Shown: positions 1 through 13,023 of the stretch, piece after piece | How positions within the stretch are numbered: the first letter of the stretch is position 1 | Layout: every line of letters begins with the position of its first letter | Origin: Eledone cirrhosa | Lineage: Eukaryota | NCBI GenBank assembly: GCA_964016885.1 | Contig: OZ024740.1 | Coordinates: 99,076,001-99,140,000 of the forward strand | Direction of reading: 5' to 3' | Length of the DNA: 64,000 nucleotides | Program-made: the position numbers and the translations under genes | Notes under the pieces: generated by a model | Told to the model about the DNA's origin: nothing | The model's input: only the letters and a program-made list of their open reading frames with translations | Database searches by the model: none

Positions 1-57
<57 letters not shown>

Positions 58-74
58 TATATAATATATATATA

Positions 75-124
<50 letters not shown>
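1..124. repeat. (TA)n microsatellite
   Basis: Direct reading. Similar (TA)n tracts occur at about 5890-6160, 7525-7712, 19166-19241, 20110-20150, 21180-21228, 24775-24846, 47310-47371, 59932-59978 and 60221-60300. Confidence 0.99.
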
Positions 125-125
<1 letters not shown>

Positions 126-128
126 GTA

Positions 129-960
129 CTAGCAGTAGTACCCGGCGTTGCACGGGATAAGGTATTTTGGAACGCGGGCTGCCAGCAGACCTAATCGTGG
201 AATAACTACAGGCGTGGACAATATGTAAAGAAAATTAACCGAATACTCTGATGGCTGGATAATCTTTAAGATTGTCCTCGATGAACCAGGAAAAATGCTG
301 GTTTTCACGTAATGCGGGCCCTAGGGGATCAAGAAAACGAATTTTTCTTCTGTGCATAATATGCCTTGAAATTTCGGGTAAATCGGCTAGACGTAACGCC
401 TCAAAAAAGCCCTAAAAAGCTGAAAAAAATGAAGTTTTTTACCTAATGCGGGCCCTAGGCCATAAAAAAGTTGAATTTTGTTGCTCACGGTATGAAGAAG
501 AAACTGACTAATACATACTTACTATTTCAAGGAATTCAGTCTGACGTAACGACTAAAAAAACCCTAAAAACCTGAATAAACGCAGTTTTTCAACTAATGC
601 GGGCCCGAGGGGATCAAAAAGTTGAATTTTATGTGCCTAACACTCCCTGAAACATAAGTAATACACATGTAAAGTTTGAAAAAATACGGTTGGGTACTTC
701 TCGAGATTTAGGAATTCAAACTCACAGACACACACACACACACACACACATATAGATATCCTCAGGCAAGTGACGTAATGCAGACAGCCAGACATACAGA
801 CATATATTATAAGGGCGCTACGTTATATGTATGTATCTATATAAAAAGAGAAAGACTAAGAATTATAGAGAGAGATCGCTAAATTGCCTAATGCGGTCCC
901 TTGGGCATTGAAAATTTGAAATCTTTTTTGCTCAGAACACACACTCCCTGAAACATAAGT
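129..960 (-). mobile_element. Non-autonomous Helitron-like element (3' terminus at 129)
   Basis: Minus strand ends CCCGTGCAACGCCGGG-tactactg-CTAG|T, i.e. a GC hairpin followed by CTAG and a host T. Internal subrepeats AATGCGGGCCC occur at about 311, 445, 596 and 891. The 5' end is uncertain. Confidence 0.7.
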
Positions 961-1261
961 ACTACATATATATATATATTATATTTGTATATATATATAT
1001 TTTATATTTGTATATATATATTTATATATAGTAATAATAATAAATTTGAAGACTAAAATCCAAAGAAGGCTCGATAAGAATAAATATATATCAAATAATA
1101 TAAGAACCGGAGAGCAAATATTTATTTAGTTTCAGAAGATCCCGTTAAGGGTGAAAGCAGCGATTCTTTGCTTAAACTTTAATCTGTTATTTTATTAAAT
1201 AAATATATATATATATATATATATATGTGTGGGGGGGGGGTACATAATGTATACCCTTCTG

Positions 1262-4200
1262 TGCTACTCGACAAACTTGACTCCACAAATGAAGAAACCG
1301 TTACAGGATGCAAACCCTCCGAAATCAGCGATAAACTTCAAAACCTTTGCGATACTATCCAAACTATTTTCACTACTACCAACCCAGGAAAAACCAACGA
1401 AGAATCATGTGAGATAGATTCCTACAAAATGAAAAATCGAACAGTCCCAAAATGGAACAGCTCCCTCAGAGACAGAAAGTTCTCCTTCTGGAAGATGATA
1501 CAAAATCACAACAAAGCGGAGATATATGAAAAATGGCTTAACTCAACCTCTCTAACTCTCCCCCGTAAAATTCAAATAAAATCCATTCCAAATGAACCCG
1601 ACCCTCAAAGACGCCTTAGGGAAAGAATGACATTGGAAAAAATGAAGACCGAAATTGAACTTCTTAAATAGAGGGCCCAGACAAATGAGGAACAAATCAA
1701 AACCATCGATGAAGAGATCCTCCTTGAAATCAACAATAAGTCTGAAGGCCCAAACGTAGAGAACATCTCTGAGTTATGAAAAGAGGACTGCAACAGGGGG
1801 ACAGGAAGGTAATTTCCATTTTCTCAACTCTCACTTCCATAATACACAACAAACCCACACCACATGATACAACCAACAACGTAGGCCACCTATAACATCA
1901 CAATCCAACATGGCACATAGACACACACAGCCAGACTCGCAATACAGGAACACCCCATTCAATCCACAACTACGAACCCGAACCACATTTTACAACAAGT
2001 AATATAACAAACACAGGAGACCACATAACATCAGAAGACAACCCCCTCTACCTCAACCATTTTTTAGACACAGCACACAGATACTGGCAAACGAAATAAC
2101 ACAAGACAGGGAGGAGAAACCGGGAGTAATAAAAATTATAAATTTAACTAGTGCAGAAACAACTCCCAACCTTATCAACTTACTCTCCAAAGGTCTTAAA
2201 TTCACACCGACCCCTACGTCCAAACTACTATGAAATGAAGGAAGACATCACAGAATTCTGTAGAAAGTTAAAACTCAGTGAAGAACTACTCAACCAATAC
2301 AATGAGGATGAATCATTAGCCAGAAATAGAAGCAACTACACCCCATCAAAAGGTAGTAATAAAATCCTGGATGAATTTTGTGAACACATCACAAACTTCC
2401 CTTACCAACACTTGCACAGACAAAAACACAAGCCAAACCTGAACAATAAAGAATAGGAAGAATTAAATAGATTAAAAACCGACAGAACTATTACAATTAA
2501 AGAGACTGATAAAGGGTGTGCAGTAGTCCTAATGGAGACAGAATTCTATATCAACTTAGCGCTCTCCACTTTGGAAAACGAAACATACTACGAAAAATCT
2601 AAACACTACAATCAACAAAAAATTATGAGGAACCTAAAAACTCTGATCAACCCATACAAAGAAGGACTCACTAACAAGGAATTCAGCTTCATCACAGGCT
2701 TCACAAGTAAATCCAGCATTTTCTACGGTATCCCTAAAGTACATAAAAGCGAATTAAGAAGTAAGGTATGCAAGGAAGCCACAGACTTAGTCATCAATGT
2801 CCCCTCACCTAATGATCTCAAATTAAGACCTATAATAGCAGGTCCCCCTTGCGAAACCCACCGCCTTAGCAACTTCATTGATACCCTCCTCAAGTATTTT
2901 CTCAAACACATTAAATGCTACACAAGGGACGACCTAGATATGCTCACCCACCTCCATAATATACCCCTTACTGAACAAACCCTGCTAGTGACGTCGTTCG
3001 ATGGAGTCGACCTATACTCCAACATCCCCACAACCTAGGAATAGAAGCTATCCAATTCTGGTTGGATAATTACCCAAATGAACTCCCACAACGCATCAAA
3101 AAAGAATTCGTGATAGGACTCAGAATTATCTTGGAGAATAACTACTTCGTTTTCAATAACACATTCTACAGGCAGAAATCTGTGACCGCTATGGGAACGA
3201 AAACGGCTCCCACTTATGCCAACCTAGTCATGGGATACCGGGAAATAACACTCTACACTAAAGTACTAAACAAATTTGGAAACACTCTCCACTTACACAT
3301 AGAAAAGAACTGGAAGAGATATCTAGATGACTGCTTCCTTCCTTTGGCACGAAAACATCGTGAAACTTAAAGAATTTCACACCCTTATAAATGGGCTCAA
3401 CACGAATATTAATTTTACAATGGAATACAACCATCAACAACTCCCCTTACGCGACATCCTCATTAAGATTCATAACAAAAAAAGTAGAAACAGACATATA
3501 CTACAAGCCCACAGACTCCAAGCAATATCTTCCTTTCAATTCTTGCCACCCTAGACACGTTAAAATTAATAATCCCTACAACTTAGTCAAGAGAATCTGT
3601 ACTATAGTTTCCAATAAAAACACCTGTTACTTACGTCTACAAGAACTAAAGGACACACTCAAAAGCAGGGACTACCCTGCATCACTAATTGACAATGGAA
3701 ACCAACGTGCCCTAAAACTCAGTACCCAGGACCTTAGACACCCTAAAGTTAATCAACCGAAACTAAAGCTCTTCCATACATCTCCACACATACCCCCCCC
3801 CCCCTCAACAATGAGGCCTTTGACACCATCCTCCAGAACATCCCTGTATTAAAAATGACCATAGAATGAACCAAATCCTTCGAACACACGATATCATAAA
3901 GAGCAAAAGACAATCTAAGTCAATGAAAAACATCCTAACACATGCCAAAGTACTGCCAACCACAACAACGAAACCCACAATAAAGAAAATGCGATAGACC
4001 CAACTGTGGTATATGCCTCAACCTAATAGAGGGTTCGGAATTCTATTTCAAACAAGGACTACGTTTTATAGTAAAACACAATTTCACATGCGCATCAGAA
4101 AACCTAATATATGTATTAACTTGCTCAGGTTGTCGAGAACAATACATAGGCCAGACTAAAAACAGCCTCCCCCAACGCATGACTGTCCATAGATCCCAAA

Positions 4201-4388
4201 TCAAAATACAGGAATACAGAAAAATACCACTGAGTGAACACATTAATACCTTTGCCGCCCAAAATCATCCCAACTTTAGAATCTTTCCCCTTTACAAATT
4301 TAAAGATAATGCCACCCACACCCAGCACATCAGCAAGGAATCTCACTTTATTAACAAATACGGACCCCGTCTAAACACTTCTTCCTAA
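1262..4388 (+). pseudogene. Penelope-like retroelement ORF (RT + GIY-YIG endonuclease), disrupted by stops and frameshifts
   Basis: Fragments carry PLE motifs ETDKG, FYGIPKVHK, LRPIIAG, SFD-DLYSNIP, TAMGT, RYLDD, DIYYKPT and SCHP-H, a Cys-rich linker at about 3990-4015, and GIY-YIG NLIYVLTCSGCREQYIGQT at about 4101-4157. Stop TAA at 4386-4388. Confidence 0.93.
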
Positions 4389-5056
4389 GACGAACCCACA
4401 ACATACACAGATCGACATATATACCTACATCAGCATACATACTACATACATTTCTATCCACATATAAACACAATGAGATGCGTAAACACGCATGTTCTAT
4501 GGTGCAACACAAATATCCACAAATTCGCATACCTTTTGATATTTATAGATCTACACGTGCCGACACGCACACATGTATTGTACATTGATGGATGCATACA
4601 TATTTGTACACAAGTATCCCATACGGCAGGGCCTAATGGATTCCCCTTGCAGTACGTACAATCTGGACTCACACACAACTTGTTGTTATGACAATACCAT
4701 ACATCATTTTATCTCTTTTATTATTGATGTTAATGATGTTCTTTTGAGAGAATCGTTTTTGCAAATGACTGAAAATATCGAATAATGTACGCCATTTTAC
4801 CAGTACCACAAAAATACTGTCCATCCACACACACACACACACGTACATACACACACACACACACATGCATGCACACGCGAACACTAACATACAGACAGAC
4901 ATAAACAGACTTCTTCATATAAGAAAAGAGCTGAAAAATATGTTCAACGTGTTAAAATAACCCCCCCTCTCTCCACACACACATCCCTACTGACTAATTA
5001 ATTTCCATCATCACAACACTCAACCACTTTGACACACACACACACACACACACACC

Positions 5057-5103
<47 letters not shown>

Positions 5104-5635
5104 CACACATATTTGTCATAATAGACACCTGAACTGTTGACCTCTCAACATGACTGCAACTCAATCAAACGGAAAAGGACACTTCGACAAATTTACATTT
5201 GGCACGAAACCAGCTCCGGCTAAAATCAATTTAAACATTCACGTGACTTCTACCAACCAATCCAAATTGTTGTGACTACAAGAATTTTTGCAACACGAAT
5301 TGGCGCGAAATTTATAGTGCTTATTCACGTGACATTCAACAACCAACCAAATCTTAATACCTCCCAAGCTACTCTTTTCACATAAAACAGGAAGAATTTC
5401 CAAAACTGATCAGATTAGAGCAAAAATCACGAGTACACTATCTCAAAATTATTTTTGAAAAGCATAAGAAATGCGCAACCGGTAAAAACTTAAAACTAAA
5501 ACTGAATACTAACTAATACATATTACTAATTTATACTTATTCCTAATTAAACTATTTTTCACTGGGAAAAATTTGTCAACATTGTCTTTTCCTTTTTACT
5601 AATATATCACATCTCATGTGTCACATCTCCATTTT
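4389..5635 (+). mobile_element. Probable 3' non-coding/pseudo-LTR region of the Penelope-like element
   Basis: Contiguous with the PLE ORF, contains (CA)n tracts, and ends at a (TA)n tract. The boundary is inferred. Confidence 0.45.
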
Positions 5636-5663
5636 TCTAAATATATATATATATATATATATA

Positions 5664-5888
5664 CTACGAGCAGTGGTACCCGGCATTGCACGGGATAAGG
5701 TATTTTGGAACACGGGCCGCCAACAGACCTAATCCTGGAAAAACTGCATGCCAGGACAATATGTAAAGAAAATAATCTGAATACTCTGATGGCTGGATAA
5801 TCTTTAAAATTCTCCTTCATGAAGCAGGAAAAATGCAGGTTTTCACTTAATACGGGCCCTAGGCCATAAAAAAGTTGACATCCTAGTT
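5664..5888 (-). mobile_element. Second, truncated copy of the Helitron-like element at 129
   Basis: Aligns by eye with 129-320 (GCAGTGGTACCCGGCATTGCACGGGATAAGGTATTTTGGAAC...). Embedded in (TA)n. Confidence 0.8.
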
Positions 5889-5911
5889 TTATATATATAG
5901 ATATGTATGTA

Positions 5912-6092
<181 letters not shown>

Positions 6093-6157
6093 TATATACT
6101 ATATGTATGTAATATATATATATACAATATATATATATATATAAATATAATATATAT

Positions 6158-7523
6158 ATATGAAAGACGTAAAATAAGAAAATTTTAAAAATTAAAAATC
6201 AACTTACTTACTAAAATTTTCACTCCAACTAATTAGTTTCTGTAAGGGGATAATATAGTTACATAATATAACTTTAGAGAATTCCTTACGTCATCAGGGA
6301 GTCTATTCTCAGCTAAGTTCCCAGGCGATGCGCGGACACTAGGAACCCATATAAAAATAATAATTCAGTGGATGGGATAAAGCTAGCGAGGACTAAATTT
6401 CAGAGCACTGAAAACATTCACTGCCTCTGGTCAGTGGCAAATTCTAAAGAATCAATCACTTGACACTGAGGTTAATCAGTTAGGAGCGGGGTGGTATTAT
6501 GACAAGAGCCTACTATTACCATGAATCAGCAGTAAATTTTGGCAAGTTTTGCTCAACAAATAATTTGGAGATAAATATAGAGAATTAGTACATCTACCAA
6601 CATATGTGTACAGATGTACACCCATGCTAGCAGATATATATGTTATGTCTTAGTACCTTTGTGGTTCTATGCAGGGGGATGCAGAACAATTATATGAAAG
6701 ACGTAAAATAAGAAAATTTTAAAAATTAAAAATCAACTTACTAAAATTTTCACTCCAACTAATTAGTTTCTGTAAGGGGATAAATATAGTTACATAATAT
6801 AACCATAGAGAATTCCTTACGTCATCAGGGAGTCTATTCTCAGCTAAGTTTCCAGGCGATGCGCGGACACTAGGAGCCCATATAAAAATAATAATTCAGT
6901 GGATGGGATAAATCTAGCGAGGACTAAATTCCAGAGCACTGAAAATATTCACTGCCTCTAGTCAGTGGCAGATTCTAAAGAATCAATCACGTGACACTGA
7001 GGTTAATCAGTTGAGCAAAACTTGCCAAAATTTACTGCTGATTCATGGTAGTAGTAGGTACTAGTCATAATACCACCCCGCTCCTAACTGATTAACCTCA
7101 GTGTCACGTGATTGATTCTTTAGAATCTGCCACTGACCAGAGGGAGTGAATATTTCAGTGCTCTGGAATTTAGTCCTCGCTAGATTTATCCCATCCACTG
7201 AATTATTATTTTTATATGGGTTCCTAGTGTCCGCGCATCGCCTGAGAACTTAGCTGAGAATAGAATACCGGATGACGTAAGGAATTCTCTATAGTTATAT
7301 TATGTAACTATATTTATCCCCTTACAGAGACTAATTAGTTGGAGTGAAAATTTTAGTAAGTAAGTTGATTTTTAATTTTTAAAATTTTCTTATTTTACGT
7401 CTTTCATATAATTGTTCGGCATCCCCCTGCATAGAACCACAAAGGTACTAAGACATAACATATATATCTGCTAGCATGGGTGTACATCTGTACACATATG
7501 TTGGTAGATGTACTAATTCTCTA
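6158..7523. mobile_element. ORF-less ~535-bp unit as partial tandem plus inverted copy, with hammerhead motifs (retrozyme/PLE pseudo-LTR-like)
   Basis: 6158-6692 is repeated from 6693 to about 7012. 7011-7523 is the reverse complement and runs across the tandem junction. Flanked by (TA)n. Confidence 0.85.
6222..6303 (-). ncRNA. Type I hammerhead ribozyme motif (second copy 6752-6833 minus; mutated copy ~7266-7345 plus)
   Basis: Minus strand: actcc-CTGATGA-cGTAAGG...CCTTACa-GAAAC-taatta-GTT-ggagt. Stem I is actcc/ggagt and stem III is palindromic. There is a C-A mismatch at the base of stem II. Confidence 0.65.
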
Positions 7524-7625
7524 TATAATATATATATATGTATATAATATATATATTATATATATATATAATATATACGTATATATATATATATATATAA
7601 TATGTATATAATATGCATATGTATA

Positions 7626-7703
<78 letters not shown>

Positions 7704-7712
7704 GTATATATA

Positions 7713-8250
7713 CTAGCTGAGGTACCCCGTATTATCTGGGGGCGGGGGTATTCCCAGTTCCCATTAAAATGCCCAATGCATCTCAGACCAAAAATGAAAT
7801 CAAAATATAGGACACAATCAAAAACGAAGACAGTTTCATTGACGAAACAATAATACAAACAAATATTATTGACTGTATTGCTCAGGTGAAAGATTAGGGG
7901 GTTTCATTGCTGAAATTTTGTCATTTACCTATGCTTTAAATTTCATATAAATCGAAGGGAAAACATTTTCAGCGGGGGTTTTGTGCCCCCAGGGAACCCT
8001 CTGATTAAAATGAAATATACTTATCCAGGTATCCTGGGCAATGTAGTCTCTGAATATATATGGTTATGGGCTGGTCTATCTCCAAAACCATAGGAGTTTG
8101 TGAAATCGTGTTCCATTTATTGGCCAACATTTTCACTATAGGGGTTTTAACCCCATTAGAGTGTCTTAATATTATTGAAATTTGCTGAAATTGTGTAAAT
8201 AGGCATCATATCCTGTCATTTATCTATGGTTTAAATTTCATATTAATCGC
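7713..8250 (-). mobile_element. Helitron-like non-autonomous element, different family
   Basis: T-A-CTAG-ctgaggtacCCCG...GGGG terminal pattern starting directly after (TA)n. The far boundary is uncertain. Confidence 0.5.
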
Positions 8251-8253
8251 CAT

Positions 8254-8322
8254 CATAGATAAAATAAAGTACCAGTAATGCACTGAGTAATTGCTGGCCT
8301 TGTGCCTAAAGTAGAAACAATT
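8254..8322 (+). mobile_element. 3' half of tRNA-derived SINE (same family as 41787-41977)
   Basis: GATAAAATAAAGTACCAGTAATGCACTG...GGCCTTGTGCCTAAAGTAGAAACAATT matches the full copies. Confidence 0.85.
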
Positions 8323-8334
8323 AATATTTATATG

Positions 8335-11300
8335 ATTATTGTTCTTTGAATCTCAGTCATTGATGTTATTTAACTGGAAAGTTTGTTGAAATGAATATCA
8401 AGCCACTACCTGCAGCCTCAGATATTCAGGAGGTATCGGAGGTTTCTTGCTGTTCCCAGCAAGCATGCCTTTTGAAGTGTTCCAAAATGCGGGGCGGGAC
8501 CAATTTTCTTTACCCATCCTTCGAAACTCTTTGAGATAGTACCTAGTGCGCCTATGACAATCGGGACCACTTTGACTTCATGGCAGTTCCAAATCCTTTT
8601 TACCTCCCACTTTAAGTCCTGGTATCGGTTAATTTTCTCCTTCTAGTTCTCTTGCACTCTCGTGTCGAATGGGCAGGCTACATCCACAATCAGGCACGAT
8701 CTTTTTCCCTTGTCCAAAATCACAAGGTCAGGTCTATTGTGTTCCAGTTTCTTGTCCGTCTGTATCCTAAAATCCCACAGCACCTTCACCTAATCGTTTT
8801 CCATCACCGACTCTGGCTTATGCTCATACCACTTCTCAGAATGTGGTAAATTATTTACTTTGCATAGATGCCAGTGGAACACCCTGCATATCACATCATG
8901 TCTCCAGCCTTTATAGTGAGTCTGGGCTATGTGTTTACACTCGGATACAATGTGAGCCACAGTCTCCTCTCTCTCTTCACAGATCCTGCACAGTGGGCTA
9001 CCCTCCTCCTTGTAAATATGGTGTTTCACCCACTTCGTTCTGAGGGCTTACTCTTGCGCAGCCATTAGCATTCCTTCTGTAGCCTTTTTAAGGTCTCCTC
9101 TTTTCAACCAGTTCCATGTCTGTGGATATCTCAATTCAGTTTTCTCAAAGAAGGCACTATGAAGGGATTTTTCATGAAGGTTTCTCTTTCTTGTTGTTAT
9201 TTCCTCCCTGGACATCCCCTGGTCTATTGTGCTCTCCTTCACTACAATTCTGAGCATTGGCTCCGTACTATCAGTCACGTATTTGTGTAGATTGTTTTTC
9301 TCCATCTGAACACAGTCCTCTATTCTGATAAGACCTCTTCCACCTTCAGATCTCCTTAAATAGAGTCTATCGACATCACTCCTTTTGTGGAACGTGTTGT
9401 AGATAGTCAATAGCTTCCTAGTCTTCCTATCCATTTCTTTTTGTTCAGCAACATTCCATCTCAGAATTCCCGCACTGTACCTAATAATAGACACAGCTCG
9501 GGAAATTTACTGCACTTACGGCATTCCTACTATTCAGATGTTACTTTCGGACGCACCTAACTCTCCGAATGTATTCAGATCTTATCAATTCCTTCATTTA
9601 TTTGTACTTGATGTCATCAGCCTCCAGAACACCTAAACATTTGTATACTACTTCAGCATCAATTTCCTTTATCATCTCACCTGTTGGTACCTGGATTCCG
9701 TTGCATCTGCTCAATGTACCCCTCTTCATCACAAGGACTCCACACTTACTAATACCAAATTGCAAACATATATCATTGCTGAAAATACGGACAGTGTCAA
9801 CAAGCAAATCCAACTCCCTCTCCCTCTTCCTGAAGAGCTTAAGATCGTCCATGAAGAGGAGGTGATTGATGGTAACCTCTCCCTTTCCCAACTTGTATCC
9901 TTCTCTCACTTTTCACAGTATAATGGTCAGGGGCACCAGGGCAAGGACAAACAACAGAGGAGACAAACTATCTCCCTGGAAGATACTTCTCTTGATCCTC
10001 ACGCTCCCCAAGGACTCTCCGCCCGAGGCTAACTCTGTTTTCCAGGACTTCATACTTTTGCTCAACAACTGTCTGATGTTATCTGCCACCTTGAAGATCT
10101 CTAGGCTTTTGGTTATCCAAGAATGCGGTACAATGTCGAATGCCTTTTTGTAGTCTATCCATCCCATGGCAAGACCAGTGTGTCTCCTCTTGCAATTCTT
10201 CATTACCATTTTATCAATAAGTAACTGGTCCTTTGTACCACGGGACTTCTTTCGGCATCCTTTCTGTTCGCGGTAACAAGTTGTTTATGTGGAGGTGATT
10301 GTAGATGTCCTCAGACACAATGCTTGTTAACAATTTCCACATTACGGACAGACATGTGATAGGTCTATAGTTGGTAACATCATTACCCTTGATTCGGTCT
10401 TTCATTACCAGAACTGTGGTACCTTTTGTCAACCACTCTGGTACCTCACCTGATATCAAGCAGTCATTGAACATGGTTGTCAGTTTCGGGTGGAGGGATG
10501 TTATATTTTTAATCCAATACCCCTGCACACCATCTGGGCCTGGTGATTTCCAGTTGGTTAGTTTTTTGGCCTGCCCCTTAAGAGTTTCAACTGTGATACT
10601 CAAATCAGTTTGTTGGTGTGCCTGTTCACTAATCTCCTTTTGTACTGTCTCAATCCACACTAACTGGTCATTATGTTTAACATCCTGCTCCCATATTCCT
10701 CTCCAGAATGTCTTAGTTAGTTCCGCCTCAGGGATCAAGTCGTTGCCGCTTTCTTTCCCTTCAAGCTGTCCAAACAACATCTTCTGGTTGTTGTCAAACA
10801 TGTGGTTCTGTCTATACTGACTGACTCTGCTCTCGTATCGCCTAATTTTTGCACTCTTTGCTACAATGCGTTGCTTCAGTTCCTCTATGATAATATTTTG
10901 CTTTTTCCCCCTCGTTTTGTACTTTATTTCCAGTCTATTTTTAATGTCTATGTTTTTTCGAGTCCCATTCAGTAGGGACTCAAGCTTTCCAATGTCATTT
11001 CTCATTTCCCTGATTTGACTATTCAGTCGTTTCTTCCACCAAGGTTTTGATCTTTCTTGTTTTTTGTTTCCTCTCGCTTTTATGCCAAGTAATTTCCTCA
11101 CCGCATTTGCTGTTTCTTTGAGGATATTGTTGCACTGGTGAAGGCTCCTCGCCTCAAGGCATGGGATGACTTTGTTTACCTTAGCTGTTGTTTCTTTTAA
11201 CTTTTTCCTGTCTACAAATCTTAGGTTCATAGGTTTCCCACTATCATTATTCAATTCATCTACCACTAAGTTTAGGATATCAACCAAATCTTGTCCTAGC

Positions 11301-12010
11301 CCGTCAGCTTTCATTTCCTCAATGGCCGTATCTTTGTTCCAGGTATTATTTATTTCAGCATTCAGAACATTGTCTGCTTCGGATGGTTCCTCCGTTCTCT
11401 CAACCTCTTCACCTTCATTTCCCACTGGCTCGTTTGCCTGGCATACTCCACTCTCCATTTCCAACCTAATCTCTCTACTCAGTTCCTCCAGTTCCAGCTC
11501 GCTTATCCACCCATTAGTTCTTATTACCTGAGCCTGCCCGGCCAATTTTTGTTCATCTAATTTAAATAGACCAATCTCGTTCGAGATGCTATGCATCCAT
11601 TTCCTATAGCCTTTCTCCTTGGGGTTACTCTTCAAGTAACATTGCATAACAGTTCTATTCAATTCTTTCGTCCAGTTCGTTCTGGTCCCTTTCCTTCTTC
11701 TTCTTCCTCCGACACCAGCAGTATTTGGTTGACAGCCAGGTCCCTGCTGCTGAGCCAGGGAGCACCTGCTGGGTGAGAGTCTGTCACATGACATTCCAGT
11801 CTCCACTTCACTGTTATTCGAAAGTTTTTTGTTCGACATATAAACACTCTTATCGAGGATTGGTGAATGTATGGTTACATAACCACCGGTGATTTCACCC
11901 CCCCCCCCCGGTGATTTTAGTGTGGAACTATCACACTGTAGACGAATATAAATAAACAAACAAATAAATAGGTAAAACACCCCCCAAAAAAGAATAAGCA
12001 TAAGTTTCAT
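8335..12010 (-). mobile_element. Near full-length R4/Dong-clade non-LTR retrotransposon (RT + CCHC + restriction-like endonuclease), frameshifted
   Basis: N-terminal WTKELNRTVMQCY block; RT motifs [33 protein letters not shown] and LFMDD; CRIC-x-ETVAHIVSEC; RHD; NRPD. Stop at 8418-8420 and probable ATG at 11839. The 5' boundary is approximate. Confidence 0.92.
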
Positions 12011-12777
12011 TGTAATGTAATGTTTGAATGACTGACTTAGTTTTTTTTTTATCCTTCTCTGTCTGTCTGTTTGTTTTTCTTTTATTTTTTTATTTTCTTT
12101 ACGTTTTTCGTTACTGCTGTGCTGTTTTGATTTTTATTTTATTTTTTTTATTTTTTGACCGGGTCATCAAATCAGTCTATTTATATCTGTTGATGCCTTC
12201 CTCTTTTATTGGGGTTACTACGATGCCTGTCTTAGCAGGAGGTAGTGGGAGAGAATAGCGCCGGTATCAATAATGAGGCAGTGGTGGTGCTGTGCTAGTA
12301 GAACTTAGCAGGAGGTAGTGGGAGAGAATAGCGGCGGTAGCGATAATGAGGCAGTGGTGGTGGTGATGTGATCGTAGTACTGTAGTGATGGTGTTGAAGT
12401 TGAAGTAGAAATACAAGTTGAGGTAACTTGACTAGAGTTTTTGGCGTAGTAGAGGTGATGGTGGCGGTGGTGGTGTTGGTGGTAAAATTATTTGCCTGTC
12501 TGTCCACTTAGCCATTTTGCCATTTTTCTCTTTTTCGACTATAACATTTCTGATCCAAAATTAAATATTAAATATTGGAGCCCTATACCGTAATGTGATG
12601 CGGTGTGGCTTGTTGAGCGTTAAAACTGTAATCTTATACTTCATTTGTAATAAGAATTATTCTATCACAGTTGTTTTAAATAAATAAAAATCAAAAACTT
12701 ACGGGAGTGATTCCATAACGATATATCCACCATGTGCGTTTTCTTCCCTTATATCCTCCATGTGCGTTTTCTTCCCT

Positions 12778-12785
12778 TATTATTA

Positions 12786-12826
<41 letters not shown>
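12778..12826. repeat. (TTA)n microsatellite
   Basis: Direct reading. Further (TTA/TAA)n tracts at about 33445-33555, 48149-48211, 48856-48882 and 51797-51877. Confidence 0.98.
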
Positions 12827-13023
12827 GGCGACGTACGTAGTAAATCGTATCATCGTGAGCTCCGCAAAGGTTTGTTATTTTCCGTTGTTCAAAATTGACA
12901 TTCATGCAAAATTTTTATTGTTAACTGTATATAAGTGCACATACATTGATTTCTGAAAAGGACACTCAAAAATATTGGGGCCTTGAGCCCAAAATGTAAA
13001 CTTTTCATAATTATCAAACAAAC

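Noticed and set aside
1130-1170. Hammerhead-like CAGAAGA-ccc/ggg-GAAA upstream of the PLE
   Set aside because: The core is mutated and stems I and III do not pair. At most it is a relic.
1262-4800. Selenocysteine recoding in the Penelope-like ORF
   Set aside because: Interruptions are mostly TAG stops and frameshifts, and the TGA near 1777 looks like a mutated Trp codon. The ATGA...GA candidate near 4688-4727 lacks a convincing SECIS helix and AA loop.
12030-12520. Thr-rich minus-strand segment with a ~60-bp duplication, as a gene or part of the R4 5' UTR
   Set aside because: It is low complexity with no diagnostic motif. It may be a LINE ORF1 relic but cannot be assigned.
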